From: a virus | IMG/VR virus record: IMGVR_UViG_3300035698_017294 | Location: 32,001-96,000 of that record | Length of the DNA: 64,000 bases | Direction: 5' to 3' (one strand) | Part shown: piece after piece, positions 36,237-44,879 of the stretch | How positions within the stretch are numbered: position 1 is the first letter of the stretch | How the letters are laid out: every line of letters starts with the position of its first letter | The notes under the pieces: generated by a model | What the model saw: only the letters and a program-made list of their open reading frames with translations | Told to the model about the DNA's origin: nothing | Database searches by the model: none | Program-made: the position numbers and the translations under genes

Positions 36237-36431
36237 ACATTCCTACTTGTGGTTCGATTGGTCGTCCGAGATAAGACCCCCGGGGTTTGCCCGCATGCGT
36301 TTGTGTAACTTTTTCATGGAAAATTTTCACACTGGAGGGTGGGTAAGTCCCGGGGGTCTTGACGGTCTTTTGTTATCTATAAAAGTCTGGGCAAGGCGAT
36401 GCGTCTTGCATTGTTTGAATTCTAGGAATGT
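36237..36431 (-). ncRNA. Structured ncRNA candidate, family I copy 2
   Basis: Closing stem ACATTCCTA/TAGGAATGT; inner stem AAGACCCCCGGG/CCCGGGGGTCTT; motifs shared with 36444-36678. Confidence 0.65.
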
Positions 36432-36443
36432 GGTTTGATGTTA

Positions 36444-36678
36444 ATAATTCTACTTGTGTGGCGCGGTGATCGCGCAACTCAGGGTAACCCCGACAGCCTC
36501 TCGCGCAGCGATAGGAAGCCCTAACACGTTTTACCTGGCTCTTAGAGACTTACCTGCGTCTGCCGATAAAGAGCTAAGGGGTGGGTATAACGTGTTAGGG
36601 CTGGGGTCCCGAATCTGCAAAGTTCCCTTTACTGTATATGGCGTATCACCATATTATAAAACTGAATGCTAGAATTAT
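36444..36678 (-). ncRNA. Structured ncRNA candidate, family I copy 1
   Basis: Closing stem ATAATTCTA/TAGAATTAT; inner stem AGCCCTAACACGTT/AACGTGTTAGGGCT; shared GNATTCA, TACCCACCC, CACAAG. Confidence 0.65.
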
Positions 36679-36760
36679 ATATACTTCTCTATTGGATACC
36701 CATCACTGCGAACGTGGCTAGCATTGCAAGCAGTGTCTACATAACGGCAAGAAAAATAAA

Positions 36761-36834
36761 TGACCCAGGCGGGACTTGAACCCGCAACCTTCGACGTGAA
36801 AGGCCGATGTCTTAACCAATTCGACGACTGGGCC
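36761..36834 (-). tRNA. tRNA-Glu(UUC)
   Basis: TCGGC-ctTTCac-GTCGA. Confidence 0.93.
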
Positions 36835-36844
36835 ACGGAATGGA

Positions 36845-37189
36845 CTATTCCGTAGGTTTTGGATCACAAGCTGGATCGCCTTCAGGACCATTGGGGCCGT
36901 TGGCTTCCTCTTCGGTGACTTCTTCTGGAACCACAGGCTCCTTTACCGTTTCGGGGACATGTATAGCATGGCGTTCCATGATCAGGCGCAGCTGGCTAGC
37001 CATGTGCTCGGATTCAGCGATAGCCGCTTCGTTGTTTTCTTTGATTGTTTCTTGCGCATGAATTTTGGTATTAGCGGTTTTTATGTTACCGCGACAATCC
37101 ATACTGGCGTTCCCGAGTTTCTGTACCATTGTGGCAAATATGCCTTTTTGTGCTGCAATGACCTTGATAGGATTTGAGCCTAAGCTCAT
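36845..37189 (-). CDS. Hypothetical protein
   Basis: AAGGAG RBS before MSLGSNP. Confidence 0.6.
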   Translation of the reverse strand: MSLGSNPIKVIAAQKGIFATMVQKLGNASMDCRGNIKTANTKIHAQETIKENNEAAIAESEHMASQLRLIMERHAIHVPETVKEPVVPEEVTEEEANGPNGPEGDPACDPKPTE

Positions 37190-37283
37190 GATTACTCCTT
37201 TACTTAAACGTTTTGGTATATCTAATTTAATTAATACGAGTGGAGGGAATCGAACCCACACGGGATTTCTCCCACTAGATCCT

Positions 37284-38085
37284 CTTACCACACTTGCTTT
37301 CACAAGCCAGCTATTAAGCTGTTGTAGTCTGGACTATATCATCATCTTCAGCATTACCTGCTAAGAGCCCGGCGTATAGTCTCTGAGGGGTCATTACAGA
37401 CTTCCCTGCGGATTGCCAATTGTTTCATTCTACACATTGTTACTTGACAAATCAGTCCAAATTTGGTAGACTTGTAGTAGTGCAGACTTTACGGGTTTCC
37501 CGCATATAGCCAGGTTCCATCTAATTATTTCTAACCAGAGGCTCAGATTCATGAAAAATATATCAAAAGATGTTTTGTCAGAAATGTATTTAACGCAGAA
37601 ACTTAATCCATACGAAATAAGTAATATACTAGACTGCGATCATAAAACAGTTCGTAGATACCTAAAATTACATAAGATACAACTACGTACTGCGTCTGAG
37701 TATAATTACTTACCTCGAGTTTCGCATACTAATCCCACTAAAATAGAGTATATGCAGCCTAAATCAATAGCGGCGCATATTGCCTATTTATGCGAAGGTT
37801 GGCACACTAATAAAACTAATGGGCTTTATTTCTGTAATACAGATCCAAATTTAAATGATCTCATGTTGTGGTGCCTCAAAGAGATATACAATGCTAAAAC
37901 TATTAGATTGCGCATAATGGCAAAGTCTTTAGAGTCGGCAAAGCATTTATTAACATTCTATCCTAATACACCAGTAAGTGTAGAGTTAGATAGAAAGACA
38001 CCAATACTTAGAATTGTCTCGGGCGGGAAAACATTTGCTCGGGACTTCATTAAAAACGCTTATGATATAATTGATTCACTTGGTT
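37284..38085 (-). mobile_element. Group I intron (IC-like) between anticodon positions 34 and 35
   Basis: U before the 5' splice site, terminal G; IGS-like TGAGCC; P TATATGCGGGAAA, Q AATCCGCAGG, R CTCAGAGACTATA, S ATGATATAGTCC. Confidence 0.92.
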
Positions 38086-38087
38086 AA
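37551..38087 (+). CDS. HTH plus LAGLIDADG-like putative homing endonuclease, antisense within the intron P1 loop
   Basis: N-terminal HTH (EISNILDCDHKTVRRYL), AHIAYLCEG..LYFCNTDP motif; the only convincing plus-strand CDS. Confidence 0.7.
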   Translation: MKNISKDVLSEMYLTQKLNPYEISNILDCDHKTVRRYLKLHKIQLRTASEYNYLPRVSHTNPTKIEYMQPKSIAAHIAYLCEGWHTNKTNGLYFCNTDPNLNDLMLWCLKEIYNAKTIRLRIMAKSLESAKHLLTFYPNTPVSVELDRKTPILRIVSGGKTFARDFIKNAYDIIDSLG

Positions 38088-38129
38088 GTCTAGCGCGTAT
38101 ACCTAGTTTCGCCACACTCGCTAAAAGCG

Positions 38130-38210
38130 TACAGTTAGAGGGACTCGAACCCCCAAGGTATCACAGTACCACAACTCTCACTGCGCGTCTACCATTTTCG
38201 CCATAACTGT
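38130..38210 (-). tRNA. tRNA-Leu(GAG)-like with a shortened anticodon arm
   Basis: Leu-type D-arm GGCGAAAATGGTAGACGC, variable arm and T-arm, but loop TGAGAG is 6 nt. Confidence 0.55.
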
Positions 38211-38224
38211 ACTTTAATTTCGTA

Positions 38225-38294
38225 AGGTAGACCAAAGAGGTTTCGAACCTCAAATTGTCCGGACACTGCGCTCACCCAATGCGCTGGTCTACCT
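38225..38294 (-). ncRNA. Miniature tRNA-like RNA lacking an anticodon loop
   Basis: 10-bp AGGTAGACCA/TGGTCTACCT, D-like GCGC hairpin, TGTC-cg-GACA stub, GAGG-TTCGAAA-CCTC T-arm. Confidence 0.55.
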
Positions 38295-39011
38295 CTGCAG
38301 TTTAATTCTTTTAACTTCGTTATACAATGTAATTATTTGTGAACCATCTTCCTGGCTTTCAAACTCTTGATAACGGTGGAAGTGCCCTGTATACCATCTT
38401 TTAAATTTTACTCTATCTGAAATTTCTGTTAAGTATTTACTAACTGGGTCATCAATTTTATTAGAGTATCTAAAAATATCAATCAAGCCGGTAGGTAATG
38501 TATGTGTAATAATAACATCAACTTGGTTATCATGCTTTTCCAGGTTTGACAACCCATATTCCATTTCAGCTGCAGATGGTATTTCTTGCGGCCACCAGGA
38601 TACTCCTTCGGTTCTATAGACCTTATCAATCGATACTGCACCCCCAAATGTAAAGAACTTAAGTTCCCCAATGTTATAGATTTCTCCTCTACGGAGATGG
38701 AACACTGAATCATTAACTTTTCCTACTACACTGTCAAACATTTTGACTTGCTCTAGCTGGTAAAGCAGTTCGTGGTTCTCATGGTTGCCATCTATAAATA
38801 GAGTAGTCCAGGGTTTTTCGTGGAGCCAATTTAGCCAATAGGCGGTACGTTTATTTGGTATAGCATTCCACACAAATCCAAAATCACCTGCAATGATAAC
38901 ATAGTCACTCTTGGTCAACTCTTTTCCTTCAGGAAACGATATTGAACTAAAACGACTCATTTCCCCAGTTGCGTCCCCGTGCGTATCGCCTGTTACAAAT
39001 ATTCTACTCAT
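38289..39011 (-). CDS. Calcineurin-like metallophosphoesterase
   Basis: TGDTHG, AGDFG, DGNHEN, GGAVSID, ITHT.P, TGHFH. Confidence 0.92.
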   Translation of the reverse strand: MSRIFVTGDTHGDATGEMSRFSSISFPEGKELTKSDYVIIAGDFGFVWNAIPNKRTAYWLNWLHEKPWTTLFIDGNHENHELLYQLEQVKMFDSVVGKVNDSVFHLRRGEIYNIGELKFFTFGGAVSIDKVYRTEGVSWWPQEIPSAAEMEYGLSNLEKHDNQVDVIITHTLPTGLIDIFRYSNKIDDPVSKYLTEISDRVKFKRWYTGHFHRYQEFESQEDGSQIITLYNEVKRIKLQR

Positions 39012-39731
39012 GTGTTCTTTTTCTTCTCCTAGGTTTCTTGGTTCCAGGTGCCATACGGAAACTAGTCTTGTAATCAAAGCCTTTCCCCGTGATTAAATGC
39101 TTATCCGAAATCTGTAATGTCTCTGGTGGTGGGTTTTGTAACACGTTGTCCATGAACATACCTAGTTCCTGATATATAGTAAATGGGTCCATTTGCTTTA
39201 TGAACTCATATTCGTATAACGGTGGATTGATTTCCATAGCTGGGTTTTCATCCCGATGATAGTGTCTCCACTCATACCATTTTTTATTAGTTATGTTCAT
39301 ATGGATAACTATGATTGGGCTATTGTATTCTGCGAATATATTTCGATCTATTTCTTTGCCCGAATTAGAAAAGAATATATCCAATTTTTTTCCCAGTTCT
39401 TAGCATTCTTTTTATATTTCCCATGATTTTTTGCTAGAAATCTCATAGTCGAATCAGCGTTATAGAAGTAGTAGTAGATAGTTTTATGGTGTGTATTAAC
39501 AAGGTAGTACACCACTGGATAGATTTTACCAGCTACTAAAATAAAATGTCTGCCGCCCTGTTCTGCTATATCCTCTGGTAACCAAGATTCATTTAGATGA
39601 GAAAATATGGGAAACAAATGCTTTGGGAATTTTTCCATTTGTTGGCGTTTACGAAAAAGCACTAACTCGTCATCAAAATGTGACGAAGCTAGCGAATCAT
39701 AGTAATCTTTGTAATCAGATATAATCTTCAT
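39004..39731 (-). pseudogene. Phage protein split by a -1 frameshift at an A7 run (~39385)
   Basis: MKIISDYKDYYDS.. (39348-39731) and ..NPPL..QELGM..KGFD.KTSFR (39004-39384) read as two halves of one protein; overlap GAA AAA AAT. Confidence 0.6.
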
Positions 39732-39931
39732 CTATACTCCTCGTACTTTATCAATTCTACTTTTCACCACGATGCCGAGATGCTAAACTGGCGTTACCAC
39801 TTAAATTCTAAGATATTTATTTTTTCTTAATATTTTAGAATTTAAGTATAAACGCAGTTTGGTCTATATGTGCAATATACATATAACATAAGTGGCGAAT
39901 CACCACTTAAATATTTGAATCTAGAATTGAG

Positions 39932-40013
39932 TGGGGCTACCCGGACTCGAACTGGGACGGGGTTAACCCAGCGAATTTTAAGTTCGCCGTGTCTGCCATT
40001 CCACCATAGCCCC
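39932..40013 (-). tRNA. tRNA-Leu(UAA)
   Basis: GCGAA-ctTAAaa-TTCGC; variable arm. Confidence 0.93.
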
Positions 40014-40233
40014 TGGTGATTAGTATCGTTTCTTTTTAGCGAATAACGCTTTTTCTTCAGCGGCCATTTGTGTGTAAAGTGGGGCACTGTGTGCTGCCCA
40101 AAACGCAGAACTACTTTCGTGCCCACCCATAGCGTTACGGCCCCCGGTTACATGTTTCTGAATTAAATGCTTACGCTGTAATACAGATCGTCTACTCATG
40201 ATGTTCCCCCTTTCATGTTAATATAAATGCAAG

Positions 40234-40324
40234 GGGAGGGCCAGGGACTCGAACCCTGAAGGCCAGTTACTCACCAACCGTACTGGTTTTCAAGACCAGC
40301 TCCTCATCCAGCCGGATGCCCTCC
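40234..40324 (-). tRNA. tRNA-Ser(UGA)
   Basis: CTGGT-ctTGAaa-ACCAG; long variable arm. Confidence 0.88.
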
Positions 40325-40326
40325 GT

Positions 40327-40725
40327 TTAACAAATCTGTCCGAATAGTTTATACTTTGCCAGGTGATTGTTTAGCTCTTCTTCGGTCGGTAGAATTTTAA
40401 ATGATTTCAATCCTTTGTGTATTTCTTCTACTATCTTTTCTGAGTCTTCTTTAGTATGCGGTTCGCCCCATGCACTCCAATCGCCATCATCAACACAACC
40501 TATATGCACAACTGCATGCCAAGTATTGGTATCATAATGCCAGCTCACTCTAATTGATAGTGAAAGGAATCCACGAGCATAGTCGTATATACCTTCAAAG
40601 TCACCAGTTGCTACTATTCCTAGATACTCGTGTTCTTTTATTTTTCTTACACCAAGTGAATTATGCAAATCGCTGATAGCCTTAAATGGATTTTTTAAAT
40701 CATATTCTACTGTTACTTTCATCAT
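40327..40725 (-). CDS. Hypothetical protein
   Basis: GGGAGG RBS, 132 aa. Confidence 0.65.
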   Translation of the reverse strand: MMKVTVEYDLKNPFKAISDLHNSLGVRKIKEHEYLGIVATGDFEGIYDYARGFLSLSIRVSWHYDTNTWHAVVHIGCVDDGDWSAWGEPHTKEDSEKIVEEIHKGLKSFKILPTEEELNNHLAKYKLFGQIC

Positions 40726-40740
40726 CCCTCCCTAAATTAA

Positions 40741-40812
40741 CAGGCACGGAGGGATTCGAACCCCCGTTGCCGAGATCAAAACCCGGTGTCCTAACCGTTG
40801 AACGACGCGCCT
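40741..40812 (-). tRNA. tRNA-Gln(UUG)
   Basis: CCGGG-ttTTGat-CTCGG. Confidence 0.9.
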
Positions 40813-40821
40813 AAAACTAAA

Positions 40822-40870
40822 TACTCCCGCCAGGGTTCGAACCTGAAACCGGCGGCTTAGAAGGCGCGCA
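40822..40870 (-). pseudogene. 3' fragment of tRNA-Arg(UCU)
   Basis: ctTCTaa loop, T-arm and 3' acceptor strand present; 5' acceptor and D-arm absent. Confidence 0.55.
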
Positions 40871-40880
40871 TGCGCCTTAT

Positions 40881-41522
40881 TTATTTATCTTCTTTAAGAT
40901 CAGCATTCATATCTATTGCACCGCCACCACGATAACTGGCAACGGCATTCGATGCGGTCATATATAAGTCACCTACACTAGAGCCCTTCGTTGCTCCTCG
41001 TGCGGTTTCGGCGCTAAAGTTCATAGCTCCAAGGTGCGCCATATTATAGTGAGCGAAGTTTTCTGCAGATACTCCCATATAAATGAATTCCCAATTATAC
41101 TTTTCTTTTTGATGGGCAATCATTTGTGTTAGCCGCTCGGCTGTAATTTCTTTGCTGACATTCTCCTCGCCATCCGTAGTAATCATAACGAGTACTTTTC
41201 CAGGTCGCTTGCTTTTCGGCAATCCAGATAGGCGTGCTCCTACAGTATTTATAGCCCGGCCAACCGCATCTCTAAGGGCAGTACAGCCTCTTGGGTAATA
41301 TATGTCTGCAGTAAGCTGTGGCACGTCATTAATGTTCACACCATTGTGTATCACATTATATTCGCTATCGAATATCACTAGGGTTAAATTTGCTTCACCC
41401 GGTTCACTGCGCTGCCGTTTCACAAATTCGTTAAAACCTGTAAGTGATTCGGCAATAGGTGTTCCACTCATTGATGCACTGCGGTCTAAAACGCATACAA
41501 TCTCTGTTAAATTCTGATTCAC
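40881..41522 (-). CDS. von Willebrand factor A domain protein
   Basis: VLDRSASM (MIDAS), TAL.DAVG, ITTDGEENVS, WEFIYMG. Confidence 0.92.
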   Translation of the reverse strand: MNQNLTEIVCVLDRSASMSGTPIAESLTGFNEFVKRQRSEPGEANLTLVIFDSEYNVIHNGVNINDVPQLTADIYYPRGCTALRDAVGRAINTVGARLSGLPKSKRPGKVLVMITTDGEENVSKEITAERLTQMIAHQKEKYNWEFIYMGVSAENFAHYNMAHLGAMNFSAETARGATKGSSVGDLYMTASNAVASYRGGGAIDMNADLKEDK

Positions 41523-41618
41523 TCTATATCGTCCTTCTCTTCTTGTGGAATAGTTCCACTATCTACTTTGATTAAATTATTTGGCGTGAGCCATGACTTC
41601 TTTATCACATTTTTCCTT

Positions 41619-41641
41619 AAAAAGGGGCGGCTACCCGCCCC
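41619..41641 (-). terminator. Intrinsic terminator
   Basis: GGGGCGG-gtag-CCGCCCC-TTTTT on the minus strand. Confidence 0.7.
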
Positions 41642-41649
41642 ATGAAATC

Positions 41650-43929
41650 TTACTTCGGAACCAATTCGTGGAGATTGGACAGGCTGTAAACCTTGGTACC
41701 ATCGGGAAGGCCCCCAGGAACATCGATTCCAACATATACGTATGGCCCGTACGTGTCTTTTAACTTATCCATATTAGGGGTAGCCCAAGACACGGTATTG
41801 GCACTCTTGCGCCTCATCAAACGAGTCATTACTCCCACTGTAATGTAAGAGCGCTTTGCAACAGCACGAAGGAGCATTGAGGTACTTGCCTTGTTGCCCT
41901 CGATCGTATTATAGTTGGCGTGACCCTTCAGGAAGAAATGCATCCACTTAGCGTACCACTTATCGCCAGTGCCCTTCATGAACATCACTGGCGACGAGAT
42001 TTCACCTACGCCCCTCATGTCAGAGCGATAGCGTACGGTACTGGGCTCGAATGGCTTCCCTTTCCCGAATTCAGTGCGCATCATAAATCCGAACATCGAT
42101 TCCTTGGCGTCTGCAAAGCTTTCACCTGAGTAGAGATTTACTTGTGGCACGATGTAGCGGCACTCAGGTGGCACGTTATCCAGCTTGATGTCGATAAACT
42201 CAGTAGCGCCGTTTGGAGCCCTTACTAAATCACCGCTGTAATAAGCGAAGCCACCTTGCCGGAGGCTGGTCCAGGAGACGTGGCAGAGCATTTTAAAGTT
42301 CTCGTCCAACATGATAGCGCCGAGATCGTAATCCGTGCGCTGGTGGTTCTGATGCCAGTGAGTGAAGAAGCGAAGTATGTTAAGCTCCGGATCTTCGGAA
42401 AGTTCAGTTACAGATCCAACCGGCATAATGTTGAAACCAGTGCCCTTGCCCTTCTCGGTGAGCGGGAGTGCTAGCCCTTCAACATGCCTGTCAACAATCA
42501 GCGTCCCAATATTTGGTAACCGCGTCACAATCTCATCGGCAATCAAATTAGAGCACTTGTCCACATCATCAGAGCGTAACCATGGGCGAGTTTCCCACGT
42601 GATCCAAGTTTTACCCTTGGTGTTTGTAAACATGCGGTTGTTGGCTTGTGATTGTGGCATACCGTCGTCCACACGATTGATAAGGTGCTCGCCTAGCGAC
42701 AACATAACACGGGCCGATACCTTTGGAAGGACTGCCTCTATGTTGTGCAACACAAGCTTTTGATTGAGCGGGTGCTGATCCGATTTAACCAAAAGATTGT
42801 CTACGCTGCGCATGAAGTTACCAGGGTTCATTTTTAAGAGACGTGTCGCCTTTGCAACATCCGGTGGAGATGCATTCAAGGCTTCCTGTATCTCACCCGC
42901 AGTGGTTTTTACTGCCATAGCACCATAAGCCACGGCAAAGACGTCCTGTGCGCCGGACCACGCAGTGTAGGACATATCAAATGGATGAATTCTTTCACCA
43001 AGTCGTTTCCACTCCTCTCTGAATCGCATCACGTCGTGAAGTTTACCTGGATGAAGCTGGACTACCCTGTCGAGGGCCATCATGAGCAGACGGCGTACAC
43101 GGCGAGAAAGTGATACAAACTTAGTTGGCGTTGCAAGTGTTACATCACCATCAGAAAGTGCACAAGCCAGTCGTAATACATCAGTAACGGTATCCACTAG
43201 TATACCCATACTGGGGGCTATTGGTATGAGTTTCTCAATGTGTGCTACACGCACGGCATTTACCAATGCCTTATTTTCCCTTATTGGGAAGTCTGGTTGT
43301 ATAATATCGTTAATGCACACCTCTGCTAGCCCTACCAGCATGTCTCGGCCTTCATCACTCAGCGGAACTGTACTGTCGCCAAGCTCCGTGTACAACTTCC
43401 ATGATTCGCGTTGCAGCGTCTCACCAAGATGTAATACAGTGATTCGGCCCTTTGCGTGGGAAAGGAGGTCTTCGTGAGCATTCAGCATATCCTCATAGGT
43501 ATGCTGGTACCTCCCGTACTTTGGAAGATCTAAAAGATTGATGGTCTGGTGGTTAACCAGAACACTAATCGGATCCACCGCGCCAGTACAGAATGCATCT
43601 ACGAGGCAATCATGCCAGTGCTCTTCTGTTGTAGGAATATTGTGTGGGAAATCAATGAAGTAGGGATTGTGCTTAACGTTGTCACCGATAAGCTCCTTGA
43701 CAGCCGGTATGAGACTCTCACATATTGTCTGTACTTCGGATACGGGACATGAGGTAAGTGCCCTAATTAGGTCTGCTGAAAGCTTGAATCCGGACTTCAT
43801 TAAAGCCTCATCAAGATTTAGAACAAGCATGTTCACCCTGCACCCCTCTGTGCCAGCATGATCAACTGGTACACGCAAGGTATGCGTTATAATAGTATGC
43901 ATCAGATTCATATAACTGTCTCCTTTCAT
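41650..43929 (-). CDS. Helical-repeat (TROVE/Ro-like) protein fused to a C-terminal TerD-like domain
   Basis: TDVLRLACALSDGDVTL, PG.F.RSVD.L helical region; LRFFTHW..TDYDL..YSGD...AP.GATEFID TerD-like C-terminus. The TROVE-like call is inference. Confidence 0.7.
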   Translation of the reverse strand: MKGDSYMNLMHTIITHTLRVPVDHAGTEGCRVNMLVLNLDEALMKSGFKLSADLIRALTSCPVSEVQTICESLIPAVKELIGDNVKHNPYFIDFPHNIPTTEEHWHDCLVDAFCTGAVDPISVLVNHQTINLLDLPKYGRYQHTYEDMLNAHEDLLSHAKGRITVLHLGETLQRESWKLYTELGDSTVPLSDEGRDMLVGLAEVCINDIIQPDFPIRENKALVNAVRVAHIEKLIPIAPSMGILVDTVTDVLRLACALSDGDVTLATPTKFVSLSRRVRRLLMMALDRVVQLHPGKLHDVMRFREEWKRLGERIHPFDMSYTAWSGAQDVFAVAYGAMAVKTTAGEIQEALNASPPDVAKATRLLKMNPGNFMRSVDNLLVKSDQHPLNQKLVLHNIEAVLPKVSARVMLSLGEHLINRVDDGMPQSQANNRMFTNTKGKTWITWETRPWLRSDDVDKCSNLIADEIVTRLPNIGTLIVDRHVEGLALPLTEKGKGTGFNIMPVGSVTELSEDPELNILRFFTHWHQNHQRTDYDLGAIMLDENFKMLCHVSWTSLRQGGFAYYSGDLVRAPNGATEFIDIKLDNVPPECRYIVPQVNLYSGESFADAKESMFGFMMRTEFGKGKPFEPSTVRYRSDMRGVGEISSPVMFMKGTGDKWYAKWMHFFLKGHANYNTIEGNKASTSMLLRAVAKRSYITVGVMTRLMRRKSANTVSWATPNMDKLKDTYGPYVYVGIDVPGGLPDGTKVYSLSNLHELVPK

Positions 43930-43963
43930 AGAGGGTAGCTTTATCTTTCTTTATATCTAACGG

Positions 43964-44049
43964 GGGGGGGCGAGGGATTCGAACCCCCACAGACGTTTAA
44001 GCCCGCCTCCTTAGCAGGGAGGTGCAATAACCAATTATGCGAGCCCTCC
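43964..44049 (-). tRNA. tRNA-Ser(GCU)
   Basis: CCTCC-ctGCTaa-GGAGG; variable arm. Confidence 0.88.
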
Positions 44050-44063
44050 CTCGTTATTTTTAA

Positions 44064-44139
44064 TAGGCCCACCAGGATTCGAACCTGGGACCCTCGCCTT
44101 AAAAGGGCGATGCTCTAAAACCAGCTGGGCTATAGGCTC
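44064..44139 (-). tRNA. tRNA-Lys(UUU)
   Basis: TCGCC-ctTTTaa-GGCGA. Confidence 0.88.
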
Positions 44140-44144
44140 GGTAT

Positions 44145-44384
44145 TTATAAACCGTTATATTCGTCTATCCATTTTATTTTTTTATTTTCCATCTCAGCAA
44201 CACACTTAGCTATTGAAGCTATTGAATCGCCTAGAAACTCTTGCCACTTTGTATTCGGGTTTATTATACATGAGTTACAACTGCTATCTAGCTCAATTGT
44301 ATCACCAGAATAATCTACCCCAAAACAATCTAAGAGCTCTTTAGCGCGTACTAGTTCCTCGTCTGTCATTCTTCTTAATAGCAT
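44145..44384 (-). CDS. Hypothetical protein
   Basis: GAGGA RBS, ORF. Confidence 0.55.
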   Translation of the reverse strand: MLLRRMTDEELVRAKELLDCFGVDYSGDTIELDSSCNSCIINPNTKWQEFLGDSIASIAKCVAEMENKKIKWIDEYNGL

Positions 44385-44489
44385 ATTTCCTCTAATCTGC
44401 AGTGGGCGGAGGGGGACTCGAACCTAATATGTATGTTGCTTAGCAGTAGATACATACCCTAACTAAACTAAAGCTTAAAGCTACGTATC

Positions 44490-44879
44490 TTATTCCACAA
44501 TTTTTTGTTTTAATTCATCAAATGTTTGATGATGATAGCTCCGTTTGTGTGTGGATGGATCCACATGTACGAACACTATTTTATCAATTGAACAGATGAC
44601 AGTGTGATCTGTTTTATTGCGTACTTCGCAACAAACAGTATATGAAGTCTCGCCTACGTCGATAAGGTCGATACCAATCTCAATAAGGTCACCCTTACGT
44701 GCGGGTTTCTGAAAGTTCACTTCGGATATGAGTTTTGTGACAATGCTTTTCTTGCCTGTCTTATACATAACCCATGCAGCCGCTTCTTCATCCACCCATG
44801 CTAGTAATTGTCCACCGAATAAAGTATCATGGCTGTTTAAGTCTTGATACCTAATCAAATGGCTTGTAGTAAATTCCAT
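44490..44879 (-). CDS. Hotdog-fold acyl-CoA thioesterase
   Basis: DLNSHDTLFGGQLLAWVDEEAA, VT..ISEVNF..P..GD.I, VGETS. Confidence 0.9.
   Translation of the reverse strand: MEFTTSHLIRYQDLNSHDTLFGGQLLAWVDEEAAAWVMYKTGKKSIVTKLISEVNFQKPARKGDLIEIGIDLIDVGETSYTVCCEVRNKTDHTVICSIDKIVFVHVDPSTHKRSYHHQTFDELKQKIVE

Larger units (their letters stand above)
37235..38121 (-). tRNA. tRNA-Leu(UAG), split by a group I intron (exons 38086-38121 and 37235-37283)
   Basis: Joined exons give CTAGA-ctT^AGga-TCTAG, a long variable arm, and acceptor GCGAGTG/CACTCGT-A. Confidence 0.9.
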
